From Mobula hypostoma (lineage: Eukaryota), in NCBI RefSeq assembly GCF_963921235.1, contig NC_086101.1, positions 36,518,001 through 36,582,000 on the forward strand: a stretch of DNA of 64,000 nucleotides. Direction: 5' to 3'. Within the stretch, counting starts at the first letter, position 1. Each line of letters starts with the position of its first letter. Positions 1 through 13,369 of the stretch are shown piece after piece. The notes under the pieces are model-generated. The model worked only from the letters and a program-made list of their open reading frames with translations, was not told where the DNA came from and searched no databases. The translations under genes and the position numbers were made by a program.

Positions 1-3000
1 GCTTTCTAAATTATTACTGCACTAAGTAGCACAGTTGTTTCTCCATACATTTTATCACTGTTTTGGATTAGCACCCTGATGCTCAACTGAAAACATCTGT
101 ACTGTAGATTAAAAGCTACAATTACATTATTTCTTCACAGTATGTCAGCCACTTTATTATAAAGAGTAGCAAGTATGTAAGTGAAACACAATGCACAACT
201 TTTTCCAGCATAAATCATCCTTTCCTATCTTACACATATCACTAAGCATTCTGCTAATTAGAAAATTAGCTAATTACAGACTGTTGCTCAAAGCTACACT
301 GAAAGCAAAAAAAAAGAAAACAGGGATTAAAAAGCACCAAAATTCATCTGAGGCATAGTTGGAAACCCTCATCTCAAGAGTCAGAATGTTGTGGATCATG
401 GCTCATTCTAAAGGCTGAGGGAATACAGCATTGTTGGAGATGGTGTGCTTTGGATAAAACCAGTTCAGATACATTACAAAATATAACCCTATGACATCAT
501 GTTATGTTTAGTAACATTTCAAATATTCATCCTTAAATCAACATTACTATACAGCACCTAGTCATTATTTCATGGCGTGCAGGAGTCATATTATCAATTT
601 TCTATCTGTATTGTATTTTGTGTTATGCATTTATGTTAATCATGGTAGTCACATGGGTCAAGGAGTGGTAAAAGCGAAGAGGTTAGTTATGCATTTATGC
701 TTTGCCTTTGGGGTCAGTCTAATTTGGGTAGAGTCAAGGGAGTGAGCTTGGGGTGATATCTTTTTTTGTTGACTGTTTTGTATTTTTAAGTTTAAAATCA
801 CTTGAATGAGCTTAAATACATTTGAACTTTTTTGAATACATTTCAGAATGCTTGGCTTAAGTACATTTGATATGCTAAGACTGTCCATTTTGTCATATCG
901 CTAGCTTTAGTTTCATCAGTTTTTAAAAATTGCTTCAAGATCATTTTGTTAGTTTCTTAATAAAAGATTGAATGTATTCTTCATCTTTGGAATCTTGTTG
1001 CTTGGATTGGATAGTGCATCATACAGGATCAACTCCTCCCTCCGACCTCCCCCCATGCTTAGTCTCTAAGGAGTGCTGGTTTGTTCAAGTAGCCTCTGCA
1101 GGCTGCTTATGAGAGCTTGCTATGTACAGCTGACTGCTCACTTCTTAACCTCAGAAATGACTACTTCAAAAAGTCATTGGATGGAAAGTACTCCAGAACA
1201 TACCATAGAAAGTCACATTTCTCTTTCTACAAAAATTATACCCCGGTGTTGGAAGAGTTGCATTGAATCTGTTAATAGTAATTATGGATTTCAGTGATAA
1301 ATGTTAGTGATTTATCAGTGAATAACATTAAACTGAATCTTGTTTTGAAGTTTCTGAACTAAAAGTTCACAAAGGATGAAGAGTCACAATGAATTTCCAT
1401 CATGCATGGATTCCACAGGTCTCTGAACACCTCACTACAAAATAGCTAATATTTGCTGCTGATCTTGGAGTGAACGTTTTCAGTTGTTTAATCTGCCAGA
1501 GGGATTGTCAACAACTGACCGCGTCATCAGCCAGTGTCTCCACACATACATTTTCCAACCACATTCACTACATGAAAATTAGGAAATGCATAATGCACTT
1601 CTTTCCTTCCCTGTTCCAGGAAAATTAAAGCCAATCAACTCCCTCCCAACATAGCTGAGGTCAGCAAAACTCAGGGGGTTAAATTTAAAAATATACATAC
1701 TTTCATGAATCCTTTGAAGTCCAATTTTTCCTTTGTGCACAAGTGGAAAATTAGGCTAATGTCACGTTGTTGGAAAATCTTGTATTCTGACAACTTCAAG
1801 TTCAGAAGTGTTTAATTGGCTATAAAAAGTGTCAGGACGTCCTGTGGTCAGGAAAAGGTGTGATATAAATATGTCCTTTTTTCCAGAGAAGTCATACCCC
1901 CTACAGTATCGTATTGTAGGTGTAGATTAATGATAATCAAACTGAATGGCAGACCAAACTCAAGGAGTTGAATGGTCTGAATCCACTCCTGACATATTCA
2001 ATCATTTCAAGACATTTGGCTCAGAATTCTCAATTCTTGATCTAGAATCAAAAATGCAGATGCTATACATGAAATTTGGTGACCAATACTGGAAAAATAT
2101 TTTAATCTCACTGAGCTAGATAGAGAAGATTCTGAATAGCATCCCAAATTTAAATGTTTCTTCTTGAAGAATAATTTTTAAATATTCCGTGATTATTCAT
2201 TAAATATAGGAAGTACATGCTTTGTACATTTGTGGATTTGTATTTTCAATATTTCAGATTTTTCCAAGAAAAAAGCAAAACTTTTTGAAATACTTCTTGT
2301 AGTCTACTTTTTCCCTTATCAAAAGTAAAAATAGAAGAAAACAGAACAAAGGGCTGTGCACCTGTATTTTGTTGAGTATTAGGCATAAAGGAAACCTACA
2401 GATACTATATCCTTCCTGCTAAAAGTTCAGCTATTCCTACAATTGAAATTGTAAGAGTAAGGTATCCTGTGTGTCAACAAAATTAAAAACTTTCCTCATC
2501 TCTTCCATTGACATATTCAAAATAAAATTTACAATAACCCAAAGTTCCAAACATTAGTGCATCTCAAAATCATTTCTGCTTTATGTAGTTTTATCAGGAA
2601 TAAAAACAATAGACAACCCATTGTTCATGGAGTGCAGCTTTAAAGAAATGTCAAATTCACCGAGGAATGCTCTACAGATGATTTCTCCAGCATTAAGATG
2701 CATCATTCCATTTGAAGAAAATATTATGAACTTTGATGCTCTTTTCTATGTGAAGACTTCAGAGAAACAAGAAAAAGCCTAGTTTGGCTCCAGAATCAGT
2801 AGTTACACAATTTCTGATATACTCAGTAAGATGTACCAATTGGAGTAAATGACAAAAAGAGAGCAAAGAGGACAGGCTGTGGTTCATTTGCTTGTCTAGC
2901 ATCTACACATTCTTCAGCCTGAGTGGCTTTGCTAAGTCTTCAGTTATGGCTCCATTCGTTGTTATCTTATTGATCAAATGTCTTGCCTCTTCAATGGTAC

Positions 3001-3149
3001 TGCTGATGCTGATGAGGTGAATTATCTTCTGATTTATTTACATATATATCCATTAAGCTACAAAAAAGAAAACAGGAAAAGTGTTCTAACCATAGCTAAT
3101 GGAAGTTAAAAGAGAGTGTTAGTTCAAAGGCCTATAATCTAACCAAGAA

Positions 3150-3880
3150 GGTACAAAAATGCTGGAGAAACTCAGGTCAGGCAACATCTATGGAAAGGAA
3201 TAAACTGTTGACACTTCAGGCCAAGACCCTTCATCAGGACTGGAAAAACAAAGATGAGAAGTTACAGTAAGAATGTGGGAGGTGGAAGGGTGGAAGAACC
3301 AACCGGGAGAGAAGGAGGGGTGAAGTAAAGACCTGGGAAGTTGATTTGTGAAAGAGATAAAGGGCTGGAGGAAGGGGAATCTGATAGGAAAGGGTTAAAG
3401 ACCATGGAAGAAAGGGAAAGAGGAAGACCGCCAGATTTGGGGGGGGTGGGGCTGGGGGGTGATGGGCAGGTAAGGAAAAAGGTGAGGGGGGGAAATGGGA
3501 ATATGGAATGGTGAAGGGGAGGGGTGCAATTACAGGAAGTTTGAGAAATCAATGTTCATCCCATCAGCTTGGAGGCTACCCATATGAAATACAAGGTGTT
3601 GCTCCTCCAACCTGAGAGAGGCCTCATCGTGGCAGTAAAGGCGGCCATGGACTGACATGTCAGAATGGAAATAGGAATTAGAATTGAAATAGGTGGAGAT
3701 CCCGCTTTTTCTGGAAGATGGAATGTAGATGCTCAGCGAAGCGGTCTCCCAATCTACATCAGATCTCACCGATATACAGGAGGCTACATCAGGAATACAG
3801 GATACAGCAGATGACCCAGCAGACTCACAAGTGAAGTGCCGCCTCACCTGGAAGGACTGTTTGGGCCCCTGAATTTAGTC
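3150..3880 (-). mobile_element. Penelope-like element 3' fragment (GIY-YIG end plus terminal repeat with decayed hammerhead ~3205-3245)
   Basis: ORF 3530-3847 begins RRHFTCESAG; frame-shifted CSxCGLLYIGE-like motif; pyrimidine-rich 3' UTR. Confidence 0.75.
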
Positions 3881-5404
3881 AGTTTGAACATTAGGAGAAT
3901 TCTGCAAAGGAGGTCTAAAGTCTACTGAGGAAGAAAGCAACAGTTAAAAAAATAATAAAAACAAAACTAAGAATTTCTATAGATTTACGAAAGAGTGAAA
4001 AGATCATCCATAGTTAAATATGTGTCCTATACAGCTGGACAAAGGAGAAATTATATTAGGGGGAAAGGAAATTGCCAAGAATTTAAAGAAAAATAAAATA
4101 TTCCTAGAAACAGATTATCTACAAAGACTGAATGAGGAGCTCAAAGATTTAGCGCAAGTAAAAATAAATTAACACTGGAGAAATTATTCTTAACAGAAAG
4201 GTGGCAAATCTTCAGAGACCTGATCATCTGCATCGTAAACATTTGGAGGTGGATTGACCGGCTCCTTAAGTCAGGATACCAGACCTGGACACAGTTAAAC
4301 ATTGAGGAATCACATTCAGTAGTTGGCACTGCACTTTAAGAACACATGGCAGAGCAGACTCAGCAGAATTATACAAGGCCAAGTCTCCTTTCAATAGACT
4401 AGTATGAAATGATCTAATACGAATGTTTAAGATTAAAAATTGACAGGTGGAGAAATATTGGCACAGGCGAGGGAGCAGCAAAAAGGACAGAACACTTAAC
4501 AGCCCATTACGAGCTGAAACATGTACCATTTAAACAACAGCTACCCCAAAGCACTTCACAGAAATGTTTAAAAAATTGACATCAAGCGAAACAAGATATA
4601 ACCAAAGGCTATATTTTCTCTTATTTACTTGGAATATGTAAGCATCAGAACAATGCAAGACACCTTTATCATCCATCTTTAATGAATTTAGATGGTGTGT
4701 AACAATGAAACCACATATCCAACTGCCACATTCTTTTAGGTGAAAGTACTCCCATAACAGTCTCAATTACCTAACATGGGTTCAGGATCCCATGGGCAAG
4801 GAGTAGAAGAAGTAAAAGCAGAAGAGGAGTGCACTGAGAGAGGGAGCGGTGGGGGGGGGTGCAGAGAAGAAATATATAGTTTCCAGTCTGATGACGTTTG
4901 ATATGAAACAATAAATGTTCCCTTTCTTCAGAATCTGCCCAACCTGTGGAGTGCTTCCAGTATTTTTTCCAACAAAACATAACTGATTACTTGGACATGG
5001 AACTAAAATTGAAAAACAAACAAGAATTTAGCTTCATAAAAAAAGCTTGTTACTCTTGAGACAAATTAGAAAAGGGCATGGATTATTAACTATATGTTAT
5101 TGATAAGACTTGACCATTGTCATCAGCTTACTCACATGATACTTTATCTGCATACTGTACCAGAATTGGAAGTCAGATTAAGCTCAATTACCTTCAAAAT
5201 GCCAATTTTATCTGCTCTAAATCATTCCAGGTTATACCAGATCTCTGTTAGTGATGTAGAAATAATAGCAATATTTAGGACATGGAGCAATATAACCTTA
5301 CAGAAGGTTCTATTTAGTTCCAAGCCAAATTGCACTCCTTCCCTTCATATTAAATCTCCTTTCCGGCTGCCTCACTGAAAGCCTTGTCATTACATTCCAA
5401 CTTA

Positions 5405-5931
5405 CCACTTTATTAAGTACAAGAATTTGGTACTGAATAGTGGTATGTTCTTCTGCAGCTGTAGCCCATCCACTGCAAGGTTCAACAAGCTGTGCATTTG
5501 GAGATGCTCTTCTGCAAACCAGTTGTGATTATCTGAATTGCTGTGCATTCCTATCAGCTTGCACCAATCTGCCCATTCCCCTCTGACCTCTCTTATTAAG
5601 GTGTTTTACCCAAAGAACTGCCGCTCACTGGATGTTTATTTTTGCGCCATTCTCTGTAAACTCCGGAAACTGTTCTGCGTGAAAATCCCAGGAGATCAGT
5701 ATTTTCTGAGATACTCAAACCACCCCGTCTGGCACCCACAATCATTTCACAGTCAAAGTCACTTAGATCACATTTCTTCCCCATTCTGATGTACGACCCC
5801 AGCAACAACTGAACCTCTTGACCATGTCTGAATGCGTTTATGCATTGAGTTGCTGCCAGGTGATTGGCTGATTAGATATTTGCATTAACAAGAAGGTGTA
5901 CAGGCGCAGCTAATGACATGGCCACTGAGTG
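5405..5931 (-). mobile_element. Tc1-type non-autonomous DNA transposon
   Basis: Right TIR ...TGGCCACTGAGTG and partial left TIR CCACTTTATTAAGTACA; ORF 5596-5808 MGKKCDLSDFD..MIVGARRGGLSISE is a Tc1 HTH. Confidence 0.8.
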
Positions 5932-7479
5932 CACAGAAGGTGAACATCCATATACAGACAACCGGAAGCAGAGCCTTCAATCTACAAAATGGGCCAAACA
6001 CAGCAGAGACTTTCAAATGGACAACCATACTCATCCATCTGTCCTGGTTTGTTAAATGGACTGGAGACCAGAGTATTTAATCTCAATACGCAAATCAAGC
6101 CACCAAAACAAAAAGCAATGGCCGACAGTGTCAGTTCTGCTTGCTTATTACTGGTAACTGGCTAACTGAGTACTGCTCTTTACTAGCAGATCACTAAAAT
6201 AAATTCCAACATATCAGTATAATTCACACTAATGGCTCTGTACAAAACTCAGCTCCAGTCCAGTTACATAGAATCAAGATGACTAGATGTTTCAATGTTT
6301 TCACATCAAGGTGAAATCTCATTAATGACCAGGGCAAAATAATGAATCAGTCTTTGAAGACATTATCACACGAAAAGAACAGACAGTACCAACTCCCAAG
6401 TACAGAAATTAATAGGGGTCAATCATGTCATTGTCCATTAATGAATGCATTCAGGAAGTGGTTTTCATATCGCACTCTGAATCTTGATAAAACGGTGGAG
6501 AGCAAAACACTTACCTTTGAAAAATGCAGCCAGCCTTCCTGTAAACCAACCACATTTTGGAAGCCAAGCTGTTTTGTACATGGAACAACTCACCATTACA
6601 TTATGCACTGGCATGAACTTCATAATATTACTAAAGAAACAGTTTACATTTATAAAATGCACTTCACAATTTTATGACGTCTTAAGGTGCATTACAGCTA
6701 TCTACTGCAAATAATTTTAAGTGTAATCTTGTGCCCCACAAAGTACAAGTTTTTGTAGTGTTTGTTAAGCGATAACTATCAGCCAGAACACAAGGCATTT
6801 CCCCTACAACCACTTCAAAATAGCATTGTGGAAACGTTAATCTGCAACTACTGTAAATGCGCAAGTGAAGCCCCAGTTCTGCATTCCTTCCTAAACACTG
6901 CACCTCCAATGGCACAACAGCCCTTCAGTACCGCCCATCTGAGGGTGCAGCACTTCCTCAGCACTACACTGGGAGGACCAATCTAAATGTGCGTGAGAAT
7001 AAGTGTCACATTAACAAAACTGCAAAAGCTTAATGATGTTAAACAGGTTTCAGGAGCCCAGCAACCCAGGAAATCTATCAGAAGGAGGAAAATCTAGAAT
7101 AAAGGATTCAGGAATCTACTTTTTGGTATTATTTATTTGCAGTTGCGCAGTTTTGTCCTCGTTTATACATTGGTTGTTTGTCAGTCTTTGTGTGCAGTTT
7201 TTCATTGATTCTATTGTACTTCTTTGTCCTACTGAAAATGCCTGCAAGAAAATGAATCTCAGGGTCTCTCAATATGGTGATGTATACATACTTTGATAAC
7301 AAATAAATTTACTCTGAATTTTGAAATATCAGATAGTTTTATCAAACGTCTACATGAAAAAGCCATCAGCAAACAATGTAACAAAAGGCAACATCCTTCA
7401 GACAGTTCACGAAACTACTTTTTTTTTTAATTACTACTTTTCAAATATGAATCTGTTACTATTGAAACAGGTGCTCTAC

Positions 7480-8212
7480 ATTTTGATGGTGTGTTTCAGG
7501 GCGGATAGAGTGATCTGGCACTTTGCATCTCCGAGGGAATTCAGTGAGATTTCAAGTGAAAGGCATGGCCTGAAGGCCAAAAAGCCTGGCGACAGGGCAC
7601 AAGCCCATAAATCGACTACAATTCTTGCCGATCTTGACAACTAAAGCGTTAAGGGAGACTGAAATCCATGAGGACAAGAGCGGAAGGCAAGCAGGTGTTC
7701 AGCACTGTCTGCCTGCACTGGACCTGTCTTTCTCTCTGCAGCTGGATGAACAGGGGTGTGTGTCTGTGTGTCTCACTCACTCAATGCTGCCAGATGACGG
7801 TGCCGCAGTCTTGGGCAAAGTTTAATCTACGTGGTTTGTGGCTTGGACTCTATAGTTCATGTTATGATGTCTTTCCGGTTTTTTTTTTAAATAACTATTT
7901 GAGCAACTTTGATCGGGGCTGACTGGCCCTGCAGTCAACGAACGACACAGCTCTAAATTGAACAGAATTCATCTAAACTGAACATCCCTAGACTGTTTCA
8001 CGACCTTGTCTTTTGATGTTTTATATTCTTAGTTTTTCTCTCGCTTTTTGTGTTTTGTTTGATTTTTTTTTGCACGTGGGGGTGATGGAGTCTGATGTTT
8101 TTCCTTTGAATGGGTTCCATGGTTTACTTGTTTCATGGCTGTCTGTGGGAAGATGAATCTTAGGGTTGTATACTGCATACATATATCAATAATAAATGTA
8201 CTTTGAATCTTT
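7480..8212 (+). mobile_element. Unclassified non-coding retroposon with Rex1-type 3' tail
   Basis: Ends GAATCTTAGGGTTGTATA...AATAAATGTACTTTGAATC; body has no RT similarity. Confidence 0.5.
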
Positions 8213-8411
8213 GGGTAAACTATCAGAGCTGGCAGCAATTGAAACTTTAAATTTCTTCCATAACTTTTGTGCTTAGTTGGTTATTCTTCATTTTTGACAA
8301 TCCCTTGCAATCGAGGATGACTTGTCTCCACTCCAGCTCTGAGGGTTCAGACATAACTAATGAAACCAATATGGGGCTAGAAGTGGTAGAGTGACAGTCT
8401 GACTTGACAGC

Positions 8412-9095
8412 TAGGTGTGTATCAAGCTTCAAATCCCTTGGTGTCCACATGTCCGAGGATCTCACCTGGTCCCTGAACTCCTCCATCCTGATCAAAAAGG
8501 CGCAACAGCACCTTTATTTCCTGCAGAGCATCAAGAAAGTTCACCTCTGTCCCAGGATACTTGAAGAACTTTTATCGCTGTACCATTGAGAGCATACTCA
8601 CCAACTGCATCTCAGTGTGGTATGGCAATTGTCCCATATCGGACCGCAAAGCACTCCAGCAGGTGGTGAAAACTGCCCAGCGAATTATCAGCACCCAATT
8701 GCCCACTATTGAGAACATCTACTATAAACGCTGCCTGGGCAGGGCGAAAAGCACTATCAAGGATGCATCTCACCCTAACCATGGACTTTTTACTCTCCTC
8801 CCATCCGGTAGGCCCTACAGGAACCTCCGCTCCCGCACCAGCAGGCGCAGGAAGAGCTTCTTCCCTGAGGCTGTGATCCTGCTGAACCTCACATCACAGT
8901 GCTAAGCAGTATTGCACCCATATTGTACTGTCTCCGTACTTTTATATTTGTGTGCTGTAGCACTTACTTTTTATTCGTAGTTATTTTGTAAATAACACTA
9001 TTCTTTGCATTTCTGGTTAGACGCTAACTGCATTTCATTGGCTTTGTATTTGTACTTGGCACAATGACAATAAAGTTGAATCTAATCTAATCTAA
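8412..9095 (+). mobile_element. Rex1/Babar LINE 3' fragment
   Basis: KKAQQHLYFL, NFYRCTIESILTNCISVWYG, LLPSGR..SFFPEAV; (AATCT)n tail. Confidence 0.88.
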
Positions 9096-9764
9096 TGTGT
9101 CAGCTGATTCACTCCTCCCACCATTTGTCTTGGGTTTCTATGTTCTCCTTATCCATGGACTCAAGCTCCTGAGCCTCCCTGAATGCTCCTTTTCCACAGG
9201 TCCAGGATTGCCAGTTATCATTACATTTGTTTTTCCAATTAAACTTTGAGAAACTTTTCAACTATTTCCTTCAATCCATCTGGTATACTCTTCCCATGAT
9301 AGAGCTCAAAACTGAAAGTGTGTAATCAGGGTTTGCATGCTGAGATGTTGGCCTGTGTTTCTGGCTTCATATCTTTGATGTAATCACTTACAGAATGAAA
9401 TTCTGATCATCACTGAAATTTGGGTTGGCCCATTAGCGGCAGGAGTACCCAAATAGTATGTATTCTATTCATCAACTTAAATGTAATAACAGTTTATCAG
9501 GTTTAATTTATTATGGTAGCCAATGAATTCATTCTGTTTCATTAAAGTATTACCTTTTTAATAAAAACAAAATTCACAACTTTAATGACCACAGACCCAA
9601 TTCCCCAAATCTTCCCCATACTCAAGTTTCTCTATTTTCAAGCTCCACAGGAATAATGGCAGCATGCTCACTACACTCACCAGACTCACGAATCCATCCA
9701 TACACTACCCACTTCAGTCTATGATCCCCCACATCCTATATATATTATCTTATTCCTCATTCCC

Positions 9765-10405
9765 ATAGACCAAAGGAATTAGGCCATTCAGCCCAGAGTC
9801 TGCTCTGCCATTCCATCATGGCTGATTTATTATCCCTCTCAACCCCATTCCCCTGCCTTCTCCCTGTAACCTTTGACATCCTTACTAATCAAGAAGCTAT
9901 CCACTATCCACTTTAAATATATCCAATGACTTGGTCTACACAGCCATCTCTGACAATGAATTCCACAGATTCAACCCCCTCTGGCTAAAGAAATTTCTCT
10001 TAATTTCTGTTCTAAAGAGATGTCCTTCTATTCTGAGGCTGAGCCCTCTGGTCCTAGACTCAACCACTAAAGGAAACATCCTCTCCATGTCCATTCTCTC
10101 TATGCCTTTCAATATTCGATAGGTTTCAATGAGATTCCCCTTCATTCTTCTAAACTCCAGTGAGTACAGACCCAGAGACATCAAACCCTCCTCATATGCT
10201 AACCCTTTCACTCCCAGAATCATTCTTGTAAACCTCCGCTGAACCCTCTTCAATGTTAGCACATCCTTTTAGATGAAGGAGCCCAAAACTGTTCACAATA
10301 CTCCAAGTGCAGTATGAACAGTGCCTTATAAAGACTTAGCTTAACACCCTCTCTTATATTCTAGTCCTCTTGAAATGAATGTAAAGGTTGCATTTGCCTT
10401 CCTTA
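9765..10405 (-). mobile_element. CR1 LINE 3' fragment
   Basis: RVQRRFTRMI..LGLYSLEFRRMKG..FFSQR..LWNSL. Confidence 0.9.
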
Positions 10406-11285
10406 CTTCTTCTGACCCCTACCATTCTAACACTTTAGAGTGACAAGCCCTTCAAATACTTCCAGTGATTCTCAACACTGCCATTTTCCTGTCAGCTTTT
10501 AAAACATTGTAGCTATCCGTATTGTGCCTGTTATAATACATGCCAACAACCAACTTCTCCCATCTGGCTCTGTGGATAGCACTCTCTTCACTACTCATTA
10601 GGCTAAAGGGTCAAATCTCTACATTGACATTCTGGGCAGTACAGAATGACCATTGCACCAGAGGTGTCTTCCAAAGAAGAGAGATCACAAATGAATACAA
10701 AAGGTTCCACAGCACCATCAAGAAGATGGAATTTTTCCTGGAGCTGTCACCAGTAATTATCCCTCAATCAATGTCTTAAAATTGTAGAGTATAATAGAGT
10801 ATTGCTGTGTGTAAGATACTGATGGGCCTATGACACACACACCCCCCCCCCGCCCGACATTTCTCGTATTATGATTCTTCAGTAATAAATCGTTAATAGG
10901 AAGATGCTGTGGGATGCCAGGAAATTCTAAAAGGAGCTTTTAAGTCTCACTTTGTCTCTACTTGTTCCACACTAAGTATTGAGTTTACACTCTGCAAAGC
11001 ATTCAAGTAGCTTTTAATTCATCAAGCAAACAAGAGAAATATCAGTTGCCATACTTTTGAAAGCTATAGAATTTCGCACTGAAATTTCTACATGTATAAA
11101 AATCACAAGTTAAAACATCTAGTATGGATTAGGCAGTATCCAGTTATTCAACAAACAAGACTACAGAGTTGCGTCTAAACAAAATGTAACCTCATTTAAT
11201 TAATTGTGCTGTGTGCGTATAAGAGCACAGCCTACTTTCACTAATCTACAATGCTGAGCAAAAAAAGCAATAATTAGTTACTTAC

Positions 11286-11354
11286 AGCATTGGCGTCCAC
11301 ATCACTGTGAATTGCAACCGTCTTTATCCCCATCTTTTTGCAAGTCTTAATCAC
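11286..11354 (-). CDS. pcca: pcca coding exon 4 ([23 protein letters not shown])
   Basis: CTGCAG acceptor, GTAAGT donor, 69 nt. Near-identical to human [23 protein letters not shown]. Confidence 0.97.
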
Positions 11355-11879
11355 CTGCAGAGTAACACAATATTTCTAAGTAACACTTTTAATGATAATT
11401 TTTAACAGAACAATCCAAATCTACACAGTTCTGATGAACATTTACTCATTTCACTCAATGGTTCTACTCAACTCCAAAAACCACTGGTGGTAATTTTAAC
11501 TAGTGTAGATGGCTTTCTATTATAGATGAGAGCAGGAAAGGCCAAGATATCCCGACAGGGTGTACCAGACCACAAGTGTCCATTGTCAGATGAATGAGTG
11601 GTACATGACTGGTGTGCACATTGTTGGCTGACGCTTGCTCAATATCCATTTACCAATTTGAGGCAATGACTCAAGAAAGGAGGACAAAAGGGAAACAAAG
11701 CACACAGAAGGCAAGAATTACACTTAGTTAATAAAAATCAAAGAATTAAACACTCAGGGGGTGGCTTTAGCCCACCGTGCCCATGTCTGTCGTTTGAAAG
11801 AGTTATTGAAATAGTCCAATTTAACCCACTTTTTTTAAAAACAGTCGATATTTTCATTTAATGTAATATATACCCTTCT

Positions 11880-12225
11880 TGTTTTTTTTCACTGTTTTTA
11901 ATGGAGGTCGGGATTGAGGACGTGATTTTAAGTTTAACTCTGTTTGGTTTCAAGTTAGCCCATTGTTTTGCTTTGCTTTTAGTTAGTTGCACAATGGGTT
12001 TTTTTTGGGGGTTTTTTTTTTCTTTTTTTTCCATTGATATATATAAAATTTAGTATACTATTATGTTATCTTGGTTTCTTATGTTTAAATTACATTGTTT
12101 GTAGTATTTTTTTTTGGTATTGATACCTTCTGGAATTTTATTATATTTTAACATTGTATTAATGTTTATATGGTTTACCTTTTTGTATACTTATTCAATA
12201 AAAAGATTTAAAAAGAAAGAAAAGA
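11880..12225 (+). mobile_element. L1 3' UTR fragment
   Basis: T-rich UTR ending AATAAAAAGATTTAAAAAGAAAGAAAAG. Confidence 0.55.
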
Positions 12226-13260
12226 AAAACAGTCTTCCGGATCTTCAACTTCGTCAAAGACAGGACCCAGGCTGTAAAAATAGGGGACAAGCTCTCCTCT
12301 ACAATCACTCTGAGTACCGGTGCCCCACAAAGCTGTGTACTCAGCCTCCTGTTGTACTCACTGTACACCCATGATTGTGTAGCCAAGTTTCCATCAAACT
12401 CAATATATAAGTTTTCTGATGACACCACAATTGTAGGCCGTATCTCGGGTAATGATGAGTTTGAGTACAGAGAGGAAATTAAGAATCTGGTGGCATGGTG
12501 CAAAGACAATAACCTATCCCTCAACGTCAGCAAGACGAAGGAATTGGTTGTTAACTTCAGAAGGAGTAGCAGACCGCACGACTCAAATTACATTGGTGGT
12601 GCGCAAGTGGAACAGGTCAAAAGCTTTAAGTTCCTCGGGGTCAATATCACAAATTTACTTCCTGAGAAAACTAAAGAAATTTGGCCTGTCCCCTAAAACC
12701 CTCACGAATTTTTATAGATGCACCGTAGAAAGCATTCTTCTAGAGTGCATCACAACCTGGTATGGAAGTTGTCCTGTCCAAGACTGAAGAAGCTGCAGAA
12801 GATCGTGAACACAGCAAAGCACATCACACAAACCAATCTTCCGACCTTGGACTCACTTTACACCGCATGCTGTCGGAGCAGTGCTGCCGGGATAATCAAG
12901 GACACAACCCACCCAGCCAACACACTTTTCGTCCCTCTTCCCTCTGGGAGAAGGCTCAGGGGCTTGAAGACTCATACGGCCAGATTTTGGAACAGCTTCT
13001 TTCCAAATGTGATAAGACTGCTGAACAGATCCTGACCCGGATCTGGGCCATACCCTCCAACTATCCGGACCTGCATCCTGGTTTTTTTGCACTACCTTAC
13101 TTTCCATTTTTCTGTTTTCTATTTATGATTTATAATTTAAATTTTTAATATTTACTATCAATTTGTAATCCAGGGAGCGGGAAGCATAGAATCAAATATG
13201 GGTATGATGATTGTACGTTCTAGTATCAATTGTTTGGCGACAATAAAGTATAAAGTATAA
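12226..13260 (+). mobile_element. Rex1/Babar LINE 3' fragment (RT)
   Basis: LYTHDC..KFSDDTTIVG..LNVSKTKEL; (AAAGTAT)n tail. Confidence 0.9.
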
Positions 13261-13369
13261 TCACCAAATAATTCTCAAGGTATTTTATTTTATCCATTTT
13301 TGGAAGTTACTAGTCATTGAATCAACTTCCACTGTACTTTCACAACCAAACTCACTGCAACTCACAAGA

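Noticed and set aside
658-1050. Possible decayed coding sequence on the minus strand
   Set aside because: Frequent stops in all frames and no motif I can recognise.
1510-1550. Minus-strand VCVETLADDAVSC resembling pcca exon 5 (VHVKMADEAVCV)
   Set aside because: No AG acceptor, an immediate stop codon and no GPAP..SYL continuation; treated as chance. True exon 5 is outside the window.
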